Source of the DNA: an uncultured Dehalococcoidia bacterium
GTDB taxonomy: Bacteria; Chloroflexota; Dehalococcoidia; Lucifugimonadales; CAZEDC01
Assembly (NCBI GenBank): GCA_964510985.1
Contig: CAZEDC010000116.1
Coordinates: forward strand, 1,800-65,799
DNA: 64,000 nt
Direction: 5' to 3'
Shown: in pieces, positions 44,692 to 54,716 of the stretch
How positions within the stretch are numbered: the first letter of the stretch is position 1
How the letters are laid out: the number at the start of each line of letters is the position of its first letter
Position numbers and translations under genes: made by a program
The notes under the pieces: model-generated
The model's database searches: none
The model's input: the letters and a program-made list of their open reading frames with translations, nothing else
Told to the model about the DNA's origin: nothing

Positions 44692-45930
44692 ATGACAAAT
44701 CGAGTAGTGATAACCGGCATAGGAATAGTAAGCCCGGTCGGCCTCGACAGAGAGACGACCTGGAAGAACCTGCTGGCCGGTGTTTCGGGGATCGACCGGA
44801 TCACGGCCTTTGACCCCGAAGGCTTCGAGACCACCATCGCCGCTGAGGTAAAGGGTCTGGACCCCGAGGCCTACGTTGGCAAGAAGGGAGCCAGGAGGAT
44901 GGACCGCTTCGTCCAGCTGGCTGCCGTCGCCACACTGGAGGCCAAGGAGCAGGCGGCCGTGACGATCGAAAATAGCGGTAGCGAGCGTGTATCGGTGATG
45001 ATCGCCAGCGGTATCGGCGGCATCATCACCCTGTCCGAGCAGTTGGAAGTCCTCCTGGAAAAGGGCCCGACACGCGTCAGCCCGTTCCTTGTACCCAAGA
45101 TGCTGCCCGACATGGCGTCGGGGCAGGTCTCCATGCTGCTGGGCGCCAGGGGGCCTAACTATGCCACGGTGTCGGCCTGCTCCAGCGCGGCCGACTCTCT
45201 GGGCCAGGCCTTCCTTGCAGTCCAACGGGGAGAGGTGGATATCGTATTCGCGGGAGGGTCCGACGCCGCGGTGTGCCCCATCGGTGTTGCGGGTTTCAAC
45301 GCCTGCCAGGCCCTGTCGAAGCACAACGACGAGCCGCAGCAGGCCTCTCGGCCTTTCGACGCTCAACGGGACGGATTCGTGATAGGAGAAGGCGCCGCCG
45401 TCCTGGTGTTCGAGAGTATGGACAGCGCCGTCAACAGAGGAGTGGAGCCCATCGCCGAGATCGTAGGCTATGGCTCCACGGCGGACGCTTATCACATAAC
45501 CCAACCGGCCCCCGCGGGCGAGGGCGGCGCCAGGGCCATGGCACTGGCCCTGAAACAGGCACAGCTCAGGCCGGAAGAGATCGACTACATCAATGCCCAC
45601 GGAACATCCACGCAGCTCAACGACAAGTTCGAGACGATGGCCATGAAAACGGTGTTCGGCGAAGAGGCGTACAAGATTCCTATCAGCTCGACCAAGTCCA
45701 TGACCGGGCACCTGCTGGGAGCCAGTGGAGCGATCGAGGCGGCGGTCTCGATAATGTCCATCGCCAACTGGGCGATACCGCCGACCATCAACCTGGAGTT
45801 CCCGGACGAGGAATGCGACCTGGACTACACGCCTCACGTCCCCCGCAGGGGACGTGTGAGTGCCGCCATGAGCAACTCCTTTGGCTTCGGCGGGCACAAC
45901 GCGTCGTTGGTGTTCCAGAAGTTCGAATAA
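44692..45930 (+). CDS. fabF: beta-ketoacyl-ACP synthase II
   Basis: 412-aa ORF. Active-site context ACSSAA, HGTST, and GHLLGASG...SNSFGFGGHN. Confidence 0.95.
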   Translation: MTNRVVITGIGIVSPVGLDRETTWKNLLAGVSGIDRITAFDPEGFETTIAAEVKGLDPEAYVGKKGARRMDRFVQLAAVATLEAKEQAAVTIENSGSERVSVMIASGIGGIITLSEQLEVLLEKGPTRVSPFLVPKMLPDMASGQVSMLLGARGPNYATVSACSSAADSLGQAFLAVQRGEVDIVFAGGSDAAVCPIGVAGFNACQALSKHNDEPQQASRPFDAQRDGFVIGEGAAVLVFESMDSAVNRGVEPIAEIVGYGSTADAYHITQPAPAGEGGARAMALALKQAQLRPEEIDYINAHGTSTQLNDKFETMAMKTVFGEEAYKIPISSTKSMTGHLLGASGAIEAAVSIMSIANWAIPPTINLEFPDEECDLDYTPHVPRRGRVSAAMSNSFGFGGHNASLVFQKFE

Positions 45931-45970
45931 GGGAAATGCGGTGCTAGGGCCGTTCGCTACGCACCGCCGC

Positions 45971-46023
45971 CCCAGATTCTTCGCGGAGTTTATCCTGAGC
46001 GGAGCCGAAGGGCTCAGAATGAC
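45971..46023 (+). repeat. CCAGATTCTTCGCGGAG..CTGAGCG..GAAGGGCTCAGAATGACA repeat
   Basis: The 53-nt unit is nearly identical to 53737-53789. A shorter form lies at 8301-8329 and a variant at 50771-50819. Confidence 0.9.
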
Positions 46024-46152
46024 ATCAGGACGTATAGCCAGTCTACTTTGTAGATGTCGATAAGCTCCTTGTATTCCCTAGTTTTATAAGCTGGGTGGGG
46101 GTTGTTACGGTACAAAAACGAGAACTTGCTAATACCTCAAGGCTAGCGGCCG

Positions 46153-47841
46153 ATGCCTAAAGAGTGGCGGATGTTGCCCCCGCCGCCGCCCGGCTTTGCC
46201 GACGGGCTGGGTCTCCCTCCATTCCAGTCCCACCTGTTATACAATCGGGGCGTCAGAGGTCGAGGCCAGGTCGAGCCCTTCCTCGACAGCGACTCGGACC
46301 TCCGGAACGATCCCTTGCTCCTTCCGGACATGGAAAAGGGTGTCCGACGACTGGAGCGGGCGTTGCGTTCCGGTGAGAGCATCGGAGTTTTCGGGGACTT
46401 CGACACCGATGGGGTCACCGCCACGGCGCTGTTGACCCAGGCGCTAAGAGACCTGGGGGGTACGGTTGTGCCGTATCTACCCGACCGTGTGGAAGAGGGA
46501 CACGGTCTAAACGCTGGCGCCATACATGTGTTGCGAGAAAGGGGCGTGACGCTCCTGGTAACCGTTGACTGCGGCACCACGGACGTCGCCGAGATCGGTC
46601 TGGCGTCGTCGCTGAGCATGGACACCATCATCACCGACCACCATAGCGTGACGCCCGTTCTGCCCGATGCGTCGGCCGTTATCAATCCCAGACGCACCGG
46701 TTCCGCCTACCCATACCCGGACCTGGCGGGAGTGGGGATGTCCTTCAAACTGGTGGAAGCCCTGTTCGCCTCGCTGGGCCGGGAGCGGCCGGACCATCTG
46801 TTGGAGCTGGTAGCACTGGGCACCGTGGCAGACGTCGCCCCTCTAACGGGAGAGAATCGGTTCTTCGTCAAGCGGGGACTGGAAGCTCTTAACAGGACGC
46901 AAAACCCGGGCTTGCAGGCCCTGGCGGCCAGTGCGGGCCTGGAGCTTGGTTCGCTGGATGCCGAATCGCTGGCTTTCGGTCTGATCCCGCGCGTTAACGT
47001 GGCAGGGCGCCTGGGCGACGCAAAGGCCAGCCTCGAGCTCCTCACCGCCGCCAACCTGGCCGAGGCGGAGCCACTGGCGGAAGAGCTGGAGCGGAAGAAC
47101 TACGAGCGCCAGATGATGACCGCCAGGGGGGTTACGGAGGCCATGTTACAGGTGGAGGAGGCGGAGCGGACTCGAGGGGGCGTGCCGCCCATGGTCATCA
47201 TCGAAAGCGAGGACTGGATACCGGGGATCCTGGGCCTGTTGGCCGGCCGGCTGGCAGACCAGCTCTACCGTCCGGTAGTGGCGGTATCGCTGGGCCAGGA
47301 GGTCAGCAGGGCCAGCGCCCGGAGCATCCCGGAGTTCGATATCGTGGAGGCCCTGGGCCGGAGCCGGGAGCTATTCATTCGCTACGGGGGGCATCCCCAG
47401 GCGGCCGGGTTCACCATCCCCACCTCGGCCTTGCCCGCGCTCAAAACCAGCCTGACGGGGCTGGCGGAGGACCGCCTAAAGGGAAAAGACCTTACGCCGG
47501 CGATAGACATCGATTGCGAGGTATCGCCGGGACTGTTCGCCGGGGACGGCATTGGTTTCGTCCAGTCGCTGGCCCCCTTCGGAGCGGGCAACCCGGCGCC
47601 GGTGTTCCTGACCCGCAACGCCCGCGTCGTCGATTCCCGCCAGGTCGGCGGCGGCGGCCACCACCTGAAGATGCGGCTGTCTCACGGCGGTGAGGTCTGG
47701 GACGCCATCGCCTTCCGGCAGGGAGAGATGCTGGACCTGGCCCAGGACCGGATCGACCTGGTGTACAACGCTGGGCTGAATACCTGGGCAGGCAGGACGA
47801 AGGTACAGCTAACGGTCCTGGACTTTCGGCCGGCGCGGTAG
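46153..47841 (+). CDS. recJ: single-stranded-DNA-specific exonuclease RecJ
   Basis: 562-aa ORF. DHH motifs (GDFDTDGVT, TVDCG, ITDHH) and DHHA1 (GGHPQAAG). Confidence 0.9.
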   Translation: MPKEWRMLPPPPPGFADGLGLPPFQSHLLYNRGVRGRGQVEPFLDSDSDLRNDPLLLPDMEKGVRRLERALRSGESIGVFGDFDTDGVTATALLTQALRDLGGTVVPYLPDRVEEGHGLNAGAIHVLRERGVTLLVTVDCGTTDVAEIGLASSLSMDTIITDHHSVTPVLPDASAVINPRRTGSAYPYPDLAGVGMSFKLVEALFASLGRERPDHLLELVALGTVADVAPLTGENRFFVKRGLEALNRTQNPGLQALAASAGLELGSLDAESLAFGLIPRVNVAGRLGDAKASLELLTAANLAEAEPLAEELERKNYERQMMTARGVTEAMLQVEEAERTRGGVPPMVIIESEDWIPGILGLLAGRLADQLYRPVVAVSLGQEVSRASARSIPEFDIVEALGRSRELFIRYGGHPQAAGFTIPTSALPALKTSLTGLAEDRLKGKDLTPAIDIDCEVSPGLFAGDGIGFVQSLAPFGAGNPAPVFLTRNARVVDSRQVGGGGHHLKMRLSHGGEVWDAIAFRQGEMLDLAQDRIDLVYNAGLNTWAGRTKVQLTVLDFRPAR

Positions 47842-47845
47842 CGCC

Positions 47846-48706
47846 CTACCGGTTTCTTCGGCGGCGTTCGGCCCGGGTGCCCCGAGGTCTGGGGGCAGAA
47901 ACCGGTTCGGCTGCCACTTCCTCCACCGGCCTCAGCCGGGCGTTGCGCACCAGTAGAGGTATGGTTATCGCCAGGACTATCAGCGCGATGTACTGGGCCT
48001 CCTGCATCCCCAGGGACCAGATCTTGTCCTCTCTGGCGAAGGTTACGGCGAACCTTCCAATCGAATACAGGGCCAGGTAAAGGGCGAAGAGCATCCCGTC
48101 CGGGCGCAGGCGGCCGCGGAGCTTCCAGATTACAAACAGCGCCGCCATGTTCCAGAGCATCTCGATGGCGATGACGGGATATACGGAGAAGTTGATGCCG
48201 TTGTCGCAGTTGGCGGCGTCGCTGTTGACATTTGTCCACATGAACCCCAGGAAGAAGTCCGTGGCCTTGGCGCAGTGCTCGCCGTTGACGATGTCGCCCA
48301 GGCGGCCGATGGTCTGGGCGAAGAGCATGGCCGGCGCGGTCAGGTCGGCGATAACGCCCACGGGGTGCTTGGCCCACAGGGCGTAGAGGGCCCCGCCGAT
48401 GAACCCGCCCAGGATGCCGCCCCACAGCCCTATGCCGCCCTGCCAGATGGCGATAATCTGGCCGGGGTTCTCCTGGTAGAAGTCCCACGAATCCACCACG
48501 TGCACGACCCGGGCTCCCACCACGCCGCCGATGATGGCCCAGAGGGCTATGGAGTAGATGTCGTCGGGGTCTATGCCTTTCATGGGGGCCCAGCGGCCCA
48601 CCAGGAAAACGGCCGAGCCGACGGCTATAAAGCTGAAAAAGCCGTGCCAGCTCAATACGAAGGTGCCCATGGTGACCAGGTTGGGCCCGATCTCTATCTC
48701 AACCAT
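47846..48706 (-). CDS. lgt: prolipoprotein diacylglyceryl transferase
   Basis: 286-aa polytopic ORF. WHGFF, GARV, GGLW and GRLGD..NGEH motifs. Confidence 0.9.
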   Translation of the reverse strand: MVEIEIGPNLVTMGTFVLSWHGFFSFIAVGSAVFLVGRWAPMKGIDPDDIYSIALWAIIGGVVGARVVHVVDSWDFYQENPGQIIAIWQGGIGLWGGILGGFIGGALYALWAKHPVGVIADLTAPAMLFAQTIGRLGDIVNGEHCAKATDFFLGFMWTNVNSDAANCDNGINFSVYPVIAIEMLWNMAALFVIWKLRGRLRPDGMLFALYLALYSIGRFAVTFAREDKIWSLGMQEAQYIALIVLAITIPLLVRNARLRPVEEVAAEPVSAPRPRGTRAERRRRNR

Positions 48707-49031
48707 TCAATGTCCAATCGCCGGGTCCACCGGTCCTCATCTACCTTCGACCACATTTTTATCATTGTGCCTCGGGGGGCCGGACAGGGCATAGTGCTAT
48801 TCATCCGGCCGTCCTATACCCGGATTGCCCCTATGAGTCGCTCAATCACGAGTTCTAATCTAAGGGTGCGCAGGACGGGTGTCAAGGGTGCTATTGGCCC
48901 GGACTGCCGCCATCCGTGTGGTATTATGGATTGGTCCGAGTTGGGGTATTTATCCGGGCATTACCCGGTGGAACGCTGAGACGAAAGCCTCGCCGAGTCG
49001 GGCCGAGCGACTCGTTCTAAGGAAGGTCCCG

Positions 49032-49940
49032 GTGCGAGAAGACGTAGACGGTTTTCTGAACTACATGGCGGTGGAGCGAGGGGTATCACCTAACACTCTG
49101 GCCGCCTACAGGAACGACCTGTACCAGCTTGTGGAATACCTGGAGTCTCAGGGAAGGCGTGATAGGAACGGCCACGGGTGGCGGGGAGTGGACGACCGAA
49201 CGCTGACCGAATACCTGTTAGAGCTTCACAGGCTGGGATACTCGGATACGACGCGGGCGCGCAAGGTGGCATCGTCCAAGTCGCTGTTCGGGTTCCTGGT
49301 GGAAGAGGGCCTACTGGACAGGGACCCGACAGAACACCTCAGCGTTCCGCGCGTGGGCCGCTCCCTCCCCGATACACTCACCGTCGAGGAGGTCGAGACT
49401 CTCCTGGAGAGCGCCTCCCTTGGCGACTTCCCCGAGGCCGGGCGGGACAAGGCCATGCTCGAGCTTATCTACGCCAGTGGGATGAGGGTCAGCGAACTGG
49501 TGTCCCTGGACTTGGACAGCATCAACCTGGACCAGGGATCGGTCCGGTGCTTCGGCAAGGGGGCCAAGGAGCGGGTGATTCCCATCCACGCCGAGGCAGT
49601 CGAAGCCCTCCGTAAGTACATCGAAGAGGCACGGCCCCGCCTTATGAAGTCCCGGCCGGAGACCACTCTGTTCTTGAACAAGCGGGGACAGCGCCTAACT
49701 CGGCAGGGGTTTTCGCTGATATTGAAGGTCCATGCCAGACGGGCCGGTATAAAGTCCAAGATAACGCCGCACACGCTGCGCCACAGCTTCGCTACGCACC
49801 TGCTACGGGGTGGCGCACCGCTAAGGCACGTCCAGGCGCTGCTGGGCCACGCCAGCATCACGACGACACAGGTGTACACGCACCTGACCAGCGAGCACGT
49901 GCGAGCCGAGTACGACAGCGCTCATCCCAGGGCTCGTTGA
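49032..49940 (+). CDS. tyrosine recombinase XerC/XerD family
   Basis: GTG at 49032 follows AAGGAAGG. SAM-like N-domain (FLNYMAVERGVSPNTLAAYRNDL) and catalytic R..H..R..Y context (HTLRHSFATHLL, LLGHASITTTQVYTH). Confidence 0.85.
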   Translation: MREDVDGFLNYMAVERGVSPNTLAAYRNDLYQLVEYLESQGRRDRNGHGWRGVDDRTLTEYLLELHRLGYSDTTRARKVASSKSLFGFLVEEGLLDRDPTEHLSVPRVGRSLPDTLTVEEVETLLESASLGDFPEAGRDKAMLELIYASGMRVSELVSLDLDSINLDQGSVRCFGKGAKERVIPIHAEAVEALRKYIEEARPRLMKSRPETTLFLNKRGQRLTRQGFSLILKVHARRAGIKSKITPHTLRHSFATHLLRGGAPLRHVQALLGHASITTTQVYTHLTSEHVRAEYDSAHPRAR

Positions 49941-49980
49941 GGTTTGGCTTCTGTTGATATCGTCTACAAAAGGGGGCTTG

Positions 49981-50062
49981 TTACCCGCCCACCCACCCTC
50001 GAATAGTATTTTGAAGTATCCCCCAAACCCCCGCCAGAGCCCCGACAGGTCGGGGTCTGGAC
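49981..50062 (+). repeat. mosaic partial family-1 copy plus the 29-nt hairpin module
   Basis: TTACCCGCCCACCCACCCTC ... ATCCCCCAAACCCCCGCCAGAGCCCCGACAGGTCGGGGTCTGGAC. Confidence 0.7.
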
Positions 50063-50248
50063 ACCGACGGTTCAGAGGAAATCCACAAAGCCTTGAGGTG
50101 TCCGAACCGGCCGATAACGGACCCTGAAGGCGCCACCCACCTTGAACAAGGTGGTAGGTTCGAGAGATAATAGACCAGCGGGCGATGGAGCCGTTCGGGC
50201 AATTACGCCGGGCGGTAGCTCGACCCGCCTGACAGCAGGAGGCAGTCA

Positions 50249-50602
50249 ATGCCGAGCAAATCCAAGCGAGTGGCGTCCAGGCAGGCCCAGCTCAGACGCC
50301 GCAAACGTAAAATAAAAGGCCAGTCGCAAGAGTTCGATCCGGGACCGTCGGAGTCCAGTACGGAGGCGGTCGCAGCCTCGGAACCGGCCGATGAAGCCAT
50401 CGTTCAGGAAGAGACAATCGTGGAAGCATCGGCGCCGGCATCCCAGCCCGCGACGCGCCAGGCCCGGCGGTCCAGGCAGAGGAGCACCGCGGAGCCCGCT
50501 CTCGTGTACAGCCACCTGCCTTCCGAACTCAGGCATATCGGGATCCTGGCGGTCCTGATGGTGGCCGCCCTGGCGGTGCTGACCGTTTTCCTGCGGAGCT
50601 AG
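50249..50602 (+). CDS. small hypothetical tail-anchored membrane protein
   Basis: 117-aa ORF with AGGAGG 7 nt upstream. Basic N-terminus, acidic linker and a single C-terminal TM segment (IGILAVLMVAALAVLTVFL). Confidence 0.5.
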   Translation: MPSKSKRVASRQAQLRRRKRKIKGQSQEFDPGPSESSTEAVAASEPADEAIVQEETIVEASAPASQPATRQARRSRQRSTAEPALVYSHLPSELRHIGILAVLMVAALAVLTVFLRS

Positions 50603-50770
50603 CTCCCGGAAGCACCCTATCTCGGTCATGGTCCGACAGGCTCCCCACGGAGCCGGGACAGGTACCACGGGCGGGACAGAGACCGGTCCACCGGCGGAAA
50701 ACATGTCGACCACCCTTCGATAAGCTGGGGCGGGTGGCAATCGGTTTCTGAAATGGGAGTCCTCCACCAC

Positions 50771-50819
50771 AGACCCTTCGCGGGAGTCTACCCTGAGCGA
50801 AGCCGAAGGGCTCAGAGCC
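50771..50819 (+). repeat. variant of the 53-nt repeat
   Basis: AGACCCTTCGCGGGAGTCTACCCTGAGCGAAGCCGAAGGGCTCAGAGCC. Confidence 0.7.
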
Positions 50820-50956
50820 TGCACTGAGCTTGCCGAAGTGGTGACAGACGTCAAATTCTTGTTCCCACCTGCTAATAAGTTAAGGGGCGGCCCTTTGGCC
50901 TTTGGCTGGTTTCGGCTCAACCACCTACCCGACCGTAAAATCGTGTGAGTTCGTCG

Positions 50957-52828
50957 ATGAGACAGAAAAAATTCTCGGAGCGCCTCAGAGCGGCGCCAAC
51001 GAAGCCCGGCGTCTACCTCATGCGGGACGGCGCGGGCGGAGTCCTCTACGTCGGCAAGGCCGCCAGCCTGAGGCATAGGATCAGATCCTACTTCGCCAGC
51101 CAGACGAACCTGGAGCCCAAGATCCGCAACATGGTGAGCCAGGTCAAGGACTTCGAGTTCATTGTCACGGAGTCCGAGCAGGAGGCGGTGATCCTCGAAT
51201 GCAACCTGATCAAGGAGCACCAGCCTCCCTACAACGCCCGACTCAAGGATGACAAGAGCTACCCTTTTCTCAAGATCGACGTCTCCGAGGACTTCCCCCT
51301 AGTGTACATCACGCGCAATGTGGCCAAGGACGGGGCGCGCTACTTCGGTCCTTTCGCCAACGCCGGCAGCGTGAGGCGGACGCTGAGCCTGCTGAAGAGG
51401 CTGTTCCCCTACCGGTCCTGCACCAAGACCATAACCGGGACCGATCCCCGCCCCTGCCTGGACTACTTCATCCATCGCTGCGCCGGCCCGTGCATCGGGG
51501 CGGTGGGCGAGGAACAGTACGGCGAGATCATCGATCAGGTGATGCTGTTCATGGAGGGGAAGACCGGGCGCGTCGTTAATGGAATAACCCGGCGCATGAT
51601 GGAGGCGGCCGAATCGCTGGAGTTCGAGCGGGCGGCGGTGCTGCGGGACCAACTCCGTGCCATCGACAAGGTCCAGGAGGGGCAGAAGGTCCTCCATCTC
51701 AGCTCGGAGAACATGGACGTGGTCGCGGCCGCACCGGGCAGGAGAGAGGCCTGGGTCGAGGTGTTTTTCATACGCATGGGGAAGCTGATCGGCCGGGACA
51801 ACTTCATCATGGCGGGTACCGAGGACGACGAGCCCGGCAAGATAATGACGGCTTTTGTCAAGCAGTTCTACGACGCCACGCCCTATGTGCCGCCGCGCAT
51901 CCTGGTCCAGCACCCACTGGAGGAGCCGGAGGCCATCGGAGACTGGCTCCGGACGAAACGGCAGGGAGATGTCCGTATCTACACCCCGCAGAGGGGCGAG
52001 AAGCGGAAGCTGGTCCAGATGGTCGCCGAGAATGCCGCCCAGGGCCTGGAGCAGCTGGTGATCCGGCAGATTTCGGACAGCGCCAACATCGACGCGGCCA
52101 TGACCGAGCTTCAGGAGGCGCTGAGCCTGCCCAGACCGCCCCAGCGGATCGAGTGCTACGACATCTCCAACATCCAGGGTACCAATCCCGTCGGCGGCAT
52201 GGCGGTGTTCGAGGACGGCAAGCCGAAGCCGTCCCACTACCGCCGTTTTACCATCAAGACTGTGGAAGGGGTCGATGACTACTCGATGATGCGGGAGGTC
52301 CTGACGCGCCGCTTCAAGCGGCTCGCCAAGTCTACCGACGGTACAAAGGCCAACGGCGCCGGCTCCGGGGATAAAGCCCCGGGTGACGGCAAGGGCTGGG
52401 GCATCGTGCCCGACCTGGTGCTGATAGACGGGGGTAGAGGGCACCTGGGAGCGGCCTTACAGGTGTTCTTGGAGTTGGGCGTGGACTTGGTGCCGCTGGC
52501 AAGCCTGGCTAAAGAGAACGAGGAGCTCTTCGTGCCCCAGGTTCCCGAGGCCATCGTCCTGCCGCGCAGCTCCCAGGGACTGTTCCTAGTGCAGCGGCTC
52601 AGGGACGAGGCCCACAGGTTCGCCATCACCTTCCACCGGCAGCGCCGGTCCAAGCAGAGCATCGCCTCGGCCCTGGACATTGTGCCCGGCGTCGGTCCCA
52701 AGCGGCGACGGATGCTGATCCGGCGTTTCGGATCGGTCAAAGGTATCAGGGAGGCTTCACTGGAGGACGTCGCCGCCGTTCCCGGGATGACGATGAAGAT
52801 GGCGCGGACGGTGAAAAAGCACCTTTAG
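50957..52828 (+). CDS. uvrC: excinuclease ABC subunit C
   Basis: GIY-YIG N-terminus (PGVYLMRD..VLYVGKA), UVR domain, endonuclease and HhH C-terminus. ATG at 50957; the ORF-track GTG is at 50945. Confidence 0.95.
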   Translation: MRQKKFSERLRAAPTKPGVYLMRDGAGGVLYVGKAASLRHRIRSYFASQTNLEPKIRNMVSQVKDFEFIVTESEQEAVILECNLIKEHQPPYNARLKDDKSYPFLKIDVSEDFPLVYITRNVAKDGARYFGPFANAGSVRRTLSLLKRLFPYRSCTKTITGTDPRPCLDYFIHRCAGPCIGAVGEEQYGEIIDQVMLFMEGKTGRVVNGITRRMMEAAESLEFERAAVLRDQLRAIDKVQEGQKVLHLSSENMDVVAAAPGRREAWVEVFFIRMGKLIGRDNFIMAGTEDDEPGKIMTAFVKQFYDATPYVPPRILVQHPLEEPEAIGDWLRTKRQGDVRIYTPQRGEKRKLVQMVAENAAQGLEQLVIRQISDSANIDAAMTELQEALSLPRPPQRIECYDISNIQGTNPVGGMAVFEDGKPKPSHYRRFTIKTVEGVDDYSMMREVLTRRFKRLAKSTDGTKANGAGSGDKAPGDGKGWGIVPDLVLIDGGRGHLGAALQVFLELGVDLVPLASLAKENEELFVPQVPEAIVLPRSSQGLFLVQRLRDEAHRFAITFHRQRRSKQSIASALDIVPGVGPKRRRMLIRRFGSVKGIREASLEDVAAVPGMTMKMARTVKKHL

Positions 52829-52906
52829 AGTCGGGCGCCGAGTTACCCGGAAAAGGGACGAATCAGCAGACTTTGTGTTTCAGTTAGCTTCTTTTATTGG
52901 GATTCT

Positions 52907-52915
52907 TGGTATAAT
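52907..52915 (+). promoter_or_regulatory. extended -10 promoter element (TGGTATAAT)
   Basis: TGgTATAAT lies about 35 nt upstream of the ATG at 52949. AAGGAG ribosome-binding site in between. Confidence 0.45.
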
Positions 52916-52948
52916 CCTGCCTGCGTATTCAGACAAAAGGAGAATGGC

Positions 52949-53521
52949 ATGACGGCACGAGCGGAGATACGGCAGCATCCGGAACGAACGATTACCGACG
53001 AGGCGGCCGAGATTCTGGCGATCGGGATGGTCGCCCACGTGGGCTTTTCTCAGGACGGACAGCCCTATGTCATCCCCTTCTCCTACCACTTCGAACCGGA
53101 GAAACCGGACCGTATCTACATTCACGGTGCACTGAGCAGCCGCACCATGCAGCAGCTGGCCACGGGCGCTCCCACGTGCATCACCGTGACGCTGCTGGAC
53201 GGGCTGGTGTACTCACGCACAGCCAAGTACCACTCCATGAACTTCCGCAGCGTCGTGATTTTCGGTCGTGGCCGGTCAATCACCGATGAGAAGGAGAAAG
53301 AGGAACTATTCGATCGGATGGTGCGTCGTTATATTCCCGAGCGAACGGCGGGAAAGGACTACGAGATACCGCCGTCGGACCACCTGGAGGCCACCGCTTT
53401 AGTTGAGGTAGTGATCGAAGAGTGGAGCGCCAAAGCGAGGAGCGGCGGCCCCAAAGGGCCTCGTGACGCCGATCCCGATGCGGTCGGCAGCGCCGGCCTG
53501 GTGGACCTGAGGGAGTTCTAG
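52949..53521 (+). CDS. pyridoxamine 5'-phosphate oxidase family (NimA-like flavin-binding) protein
   Basis: 190-aa ORF. VAHVGFSQDGQPYVIPFSYHF.. has a split-barrel pattern. Confidence 0.75.
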   Translation: MTARAEIRQHPERTITDEAAEILAIGMVAHVGFSQDGQPYVIPFSYHFEPEKPDRIYIHGALSSRTMQQLATGAPTCITVTLLDGLVYSRTAKYHSMNFRSVVIFGRGRSITDEKEKEELFDRMVRRYIPERTAGKDYEIPPSDHLEATALVEVVIEEWSAKARSGGPKGPRDADPDAVGSAGLVDLREF

Positions 53522-53602
53522 GGGTGGCCAGCCCGGAGGTTAATCACCTACCTCCCTCGTCCTGACCAGAGCCGCAGTGAGAATAGCCGGCCTGGGCTCT
53601 TT

Positions 53603-53693
53603 GTCATCCTGAGGAGCACCGCTTTGGTCGTGGCGACGAAGGATCTGTCCGCCACCTTAATCGGTATTGGCGCGGACTCCGATTCTTCGGAGG
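53603..53693 (-). repeat. composite repeat, inverted copy
   Basis: GTCATCCTGAGGAGCACC..GGCGACGAAGGATCTGTCCGCCACCTTAATCGGTATTGGCGCGGACTCCGATTCTTCGGAGG. Confidence 0.9.
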
Positions 53694-53736
53694 GGTGGGG
53701 TCTGCGATAGTGCCGGGTTTTTCTCACCCCACTACC

Positions 53737-53789
53737 CCAGATTCTTCGCGGAGTCTATCCTGAGCGAAGTCGAAGGGCTCAGAATGACA
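53737..53789 (+). repeat. same 53-nt repeat, second copy
   Basis: CCAGATTCTTCGCGGAGTCTATCCTGAGCGAAGTCGAAGGGCTCAGAATGACA. Confidence 0.9.
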
Positions 53790-53834
53790 AGATTCTCAGG
53801 CTGTCCTCCAACCGTCAACGTCGGCCGAGAAAAC

Positions 53835-54704
53835 TTACTTCGCCGAGTCCCCGTCCCCGCCGTCGCCGTGACCGGCCATGTTCATGAAGGGCCGGAGCAG
53901 GTTGGTGAACTCCATGGGGAAGATAAACTTGGTGGACTCGCCGGCGCCAATCTCCTTGAGCGTGTCGAAGTACTGGAGGCTCAGGGTGTTGGCGTCGATG
54001 GTCTTGGCCACCTGGTAAATCTTGTCCAGGGCGGTGCTGAAGCCGTCGGCCCGAAGGACGGCGGCCTGCTGGTCGCCCTCAGCCTTTAGTATCTCGGACT
54101 GTCGCGCCCCCTCGGCCTGGAGGATGGCCGCCTGCCTATCTCCGTCGGCCACGGTGACGGCGGCTGACCGAGTGCCCTCGGCCTCGGTGACGACGGCCCT
54201 ACGGACACGCTCGGCAGACATCTGGCGGTTCATGGCGTCCTGGATGTCGCGGGGTGGTTCGATCTCCCTGATCTCCACCTGGGTGACCTTGATGCCCCAG
54301 CGCTCGGTCACCTCGTCCAGCTTCACGCGGAGTTCTTCGTTTATTCGCTCTCTCTGGGAGAGGACGTCGTCGAGCGAGATGTCGCCGATGACGGCCCGCA
54401 AGGTCGTGGTGGCGATGCCCACCACGGCGGCCCGGTAGTTAACCACCTCCAGGACCGATTTTTGCGCCTCGTGCTCCATGACGCGCAAATAGATCAGGAA
54501 GTCGATGTCGATGGGCGCATTATCCCTGGTGATGTTGGTCTGCCGGGGGATGTCTATCACGTCTTCTCGCAGGTCCACTACTCTGGTCGAATGAAACGGC
54601 CAGAAGAGGAACCGCAGGCCCGGATCTTTCATCCCCGAGAACTTTCCCAGCGTGAACACGGCCAGGCGCTCATACTGTCGAACTATCGTGATGTATGGAA
54701 TCAT
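53835..54704 (-). CDS. SPFH/band-7 (stomatin-like) protein
   Basis: 289-aa ORF. VRQYERLAVFTLGKF.., a PHB-domain body, and an Ala/Glu-rich coiled-coil tail. Confidence 0.9.
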   Translation of the reverse strand: MIPYITIVRQYERLAVFTLGKFSGMKDPGLRFLFWPFHSTRVVDLREDVIDIPRQTNITRDNAPIDIDFLIYLRVMEHEAQKSVLEVVNYRAAVVGIATTTLRAVIGDISLDDVLSQRERINEELRVKLDEVTERWGIKVTQVEIREIEPPRDIQDAMNRQMSAERVRRAVVTEAEGTRSAAVTVADGDRQAAILQAEGARQSEILKAEGDQQAAVLRADGFSTALDKIYQVAKTIDANTLSLQYFDTLKEIGAGESTKFIFPMEFTNLLRPFMNMAGHGDGGDGDSAK

Positions 54705-54716
54705 CGTTGTCCTCCT

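Noticed and set aside
44620-45897. 425-aa ORF antisense to fabF
   Set aside because: Completely overlaps the strongly supported fabF frame. Low-complexity Arg/Gly/Leu/His-rich translation with no recognisable motifs.
47682-48488. 268-aa minus-strand ORF overlapping lgt in another frame
   Set aside because: The lgt frame (47846..48706) gives a clean polytopic Lgt sequence. This alternative frame is Arg/Pro/Gly-rich.
50246-52444. 324-aa and 381-aa minus-strand ORFs (50246..51220 and 51299..52444)
   Set aside because: Both are antisense to uvrC and to the small RBS-preceded plus-strand ORF. Composition is typical of high-GC shadow ORFs.
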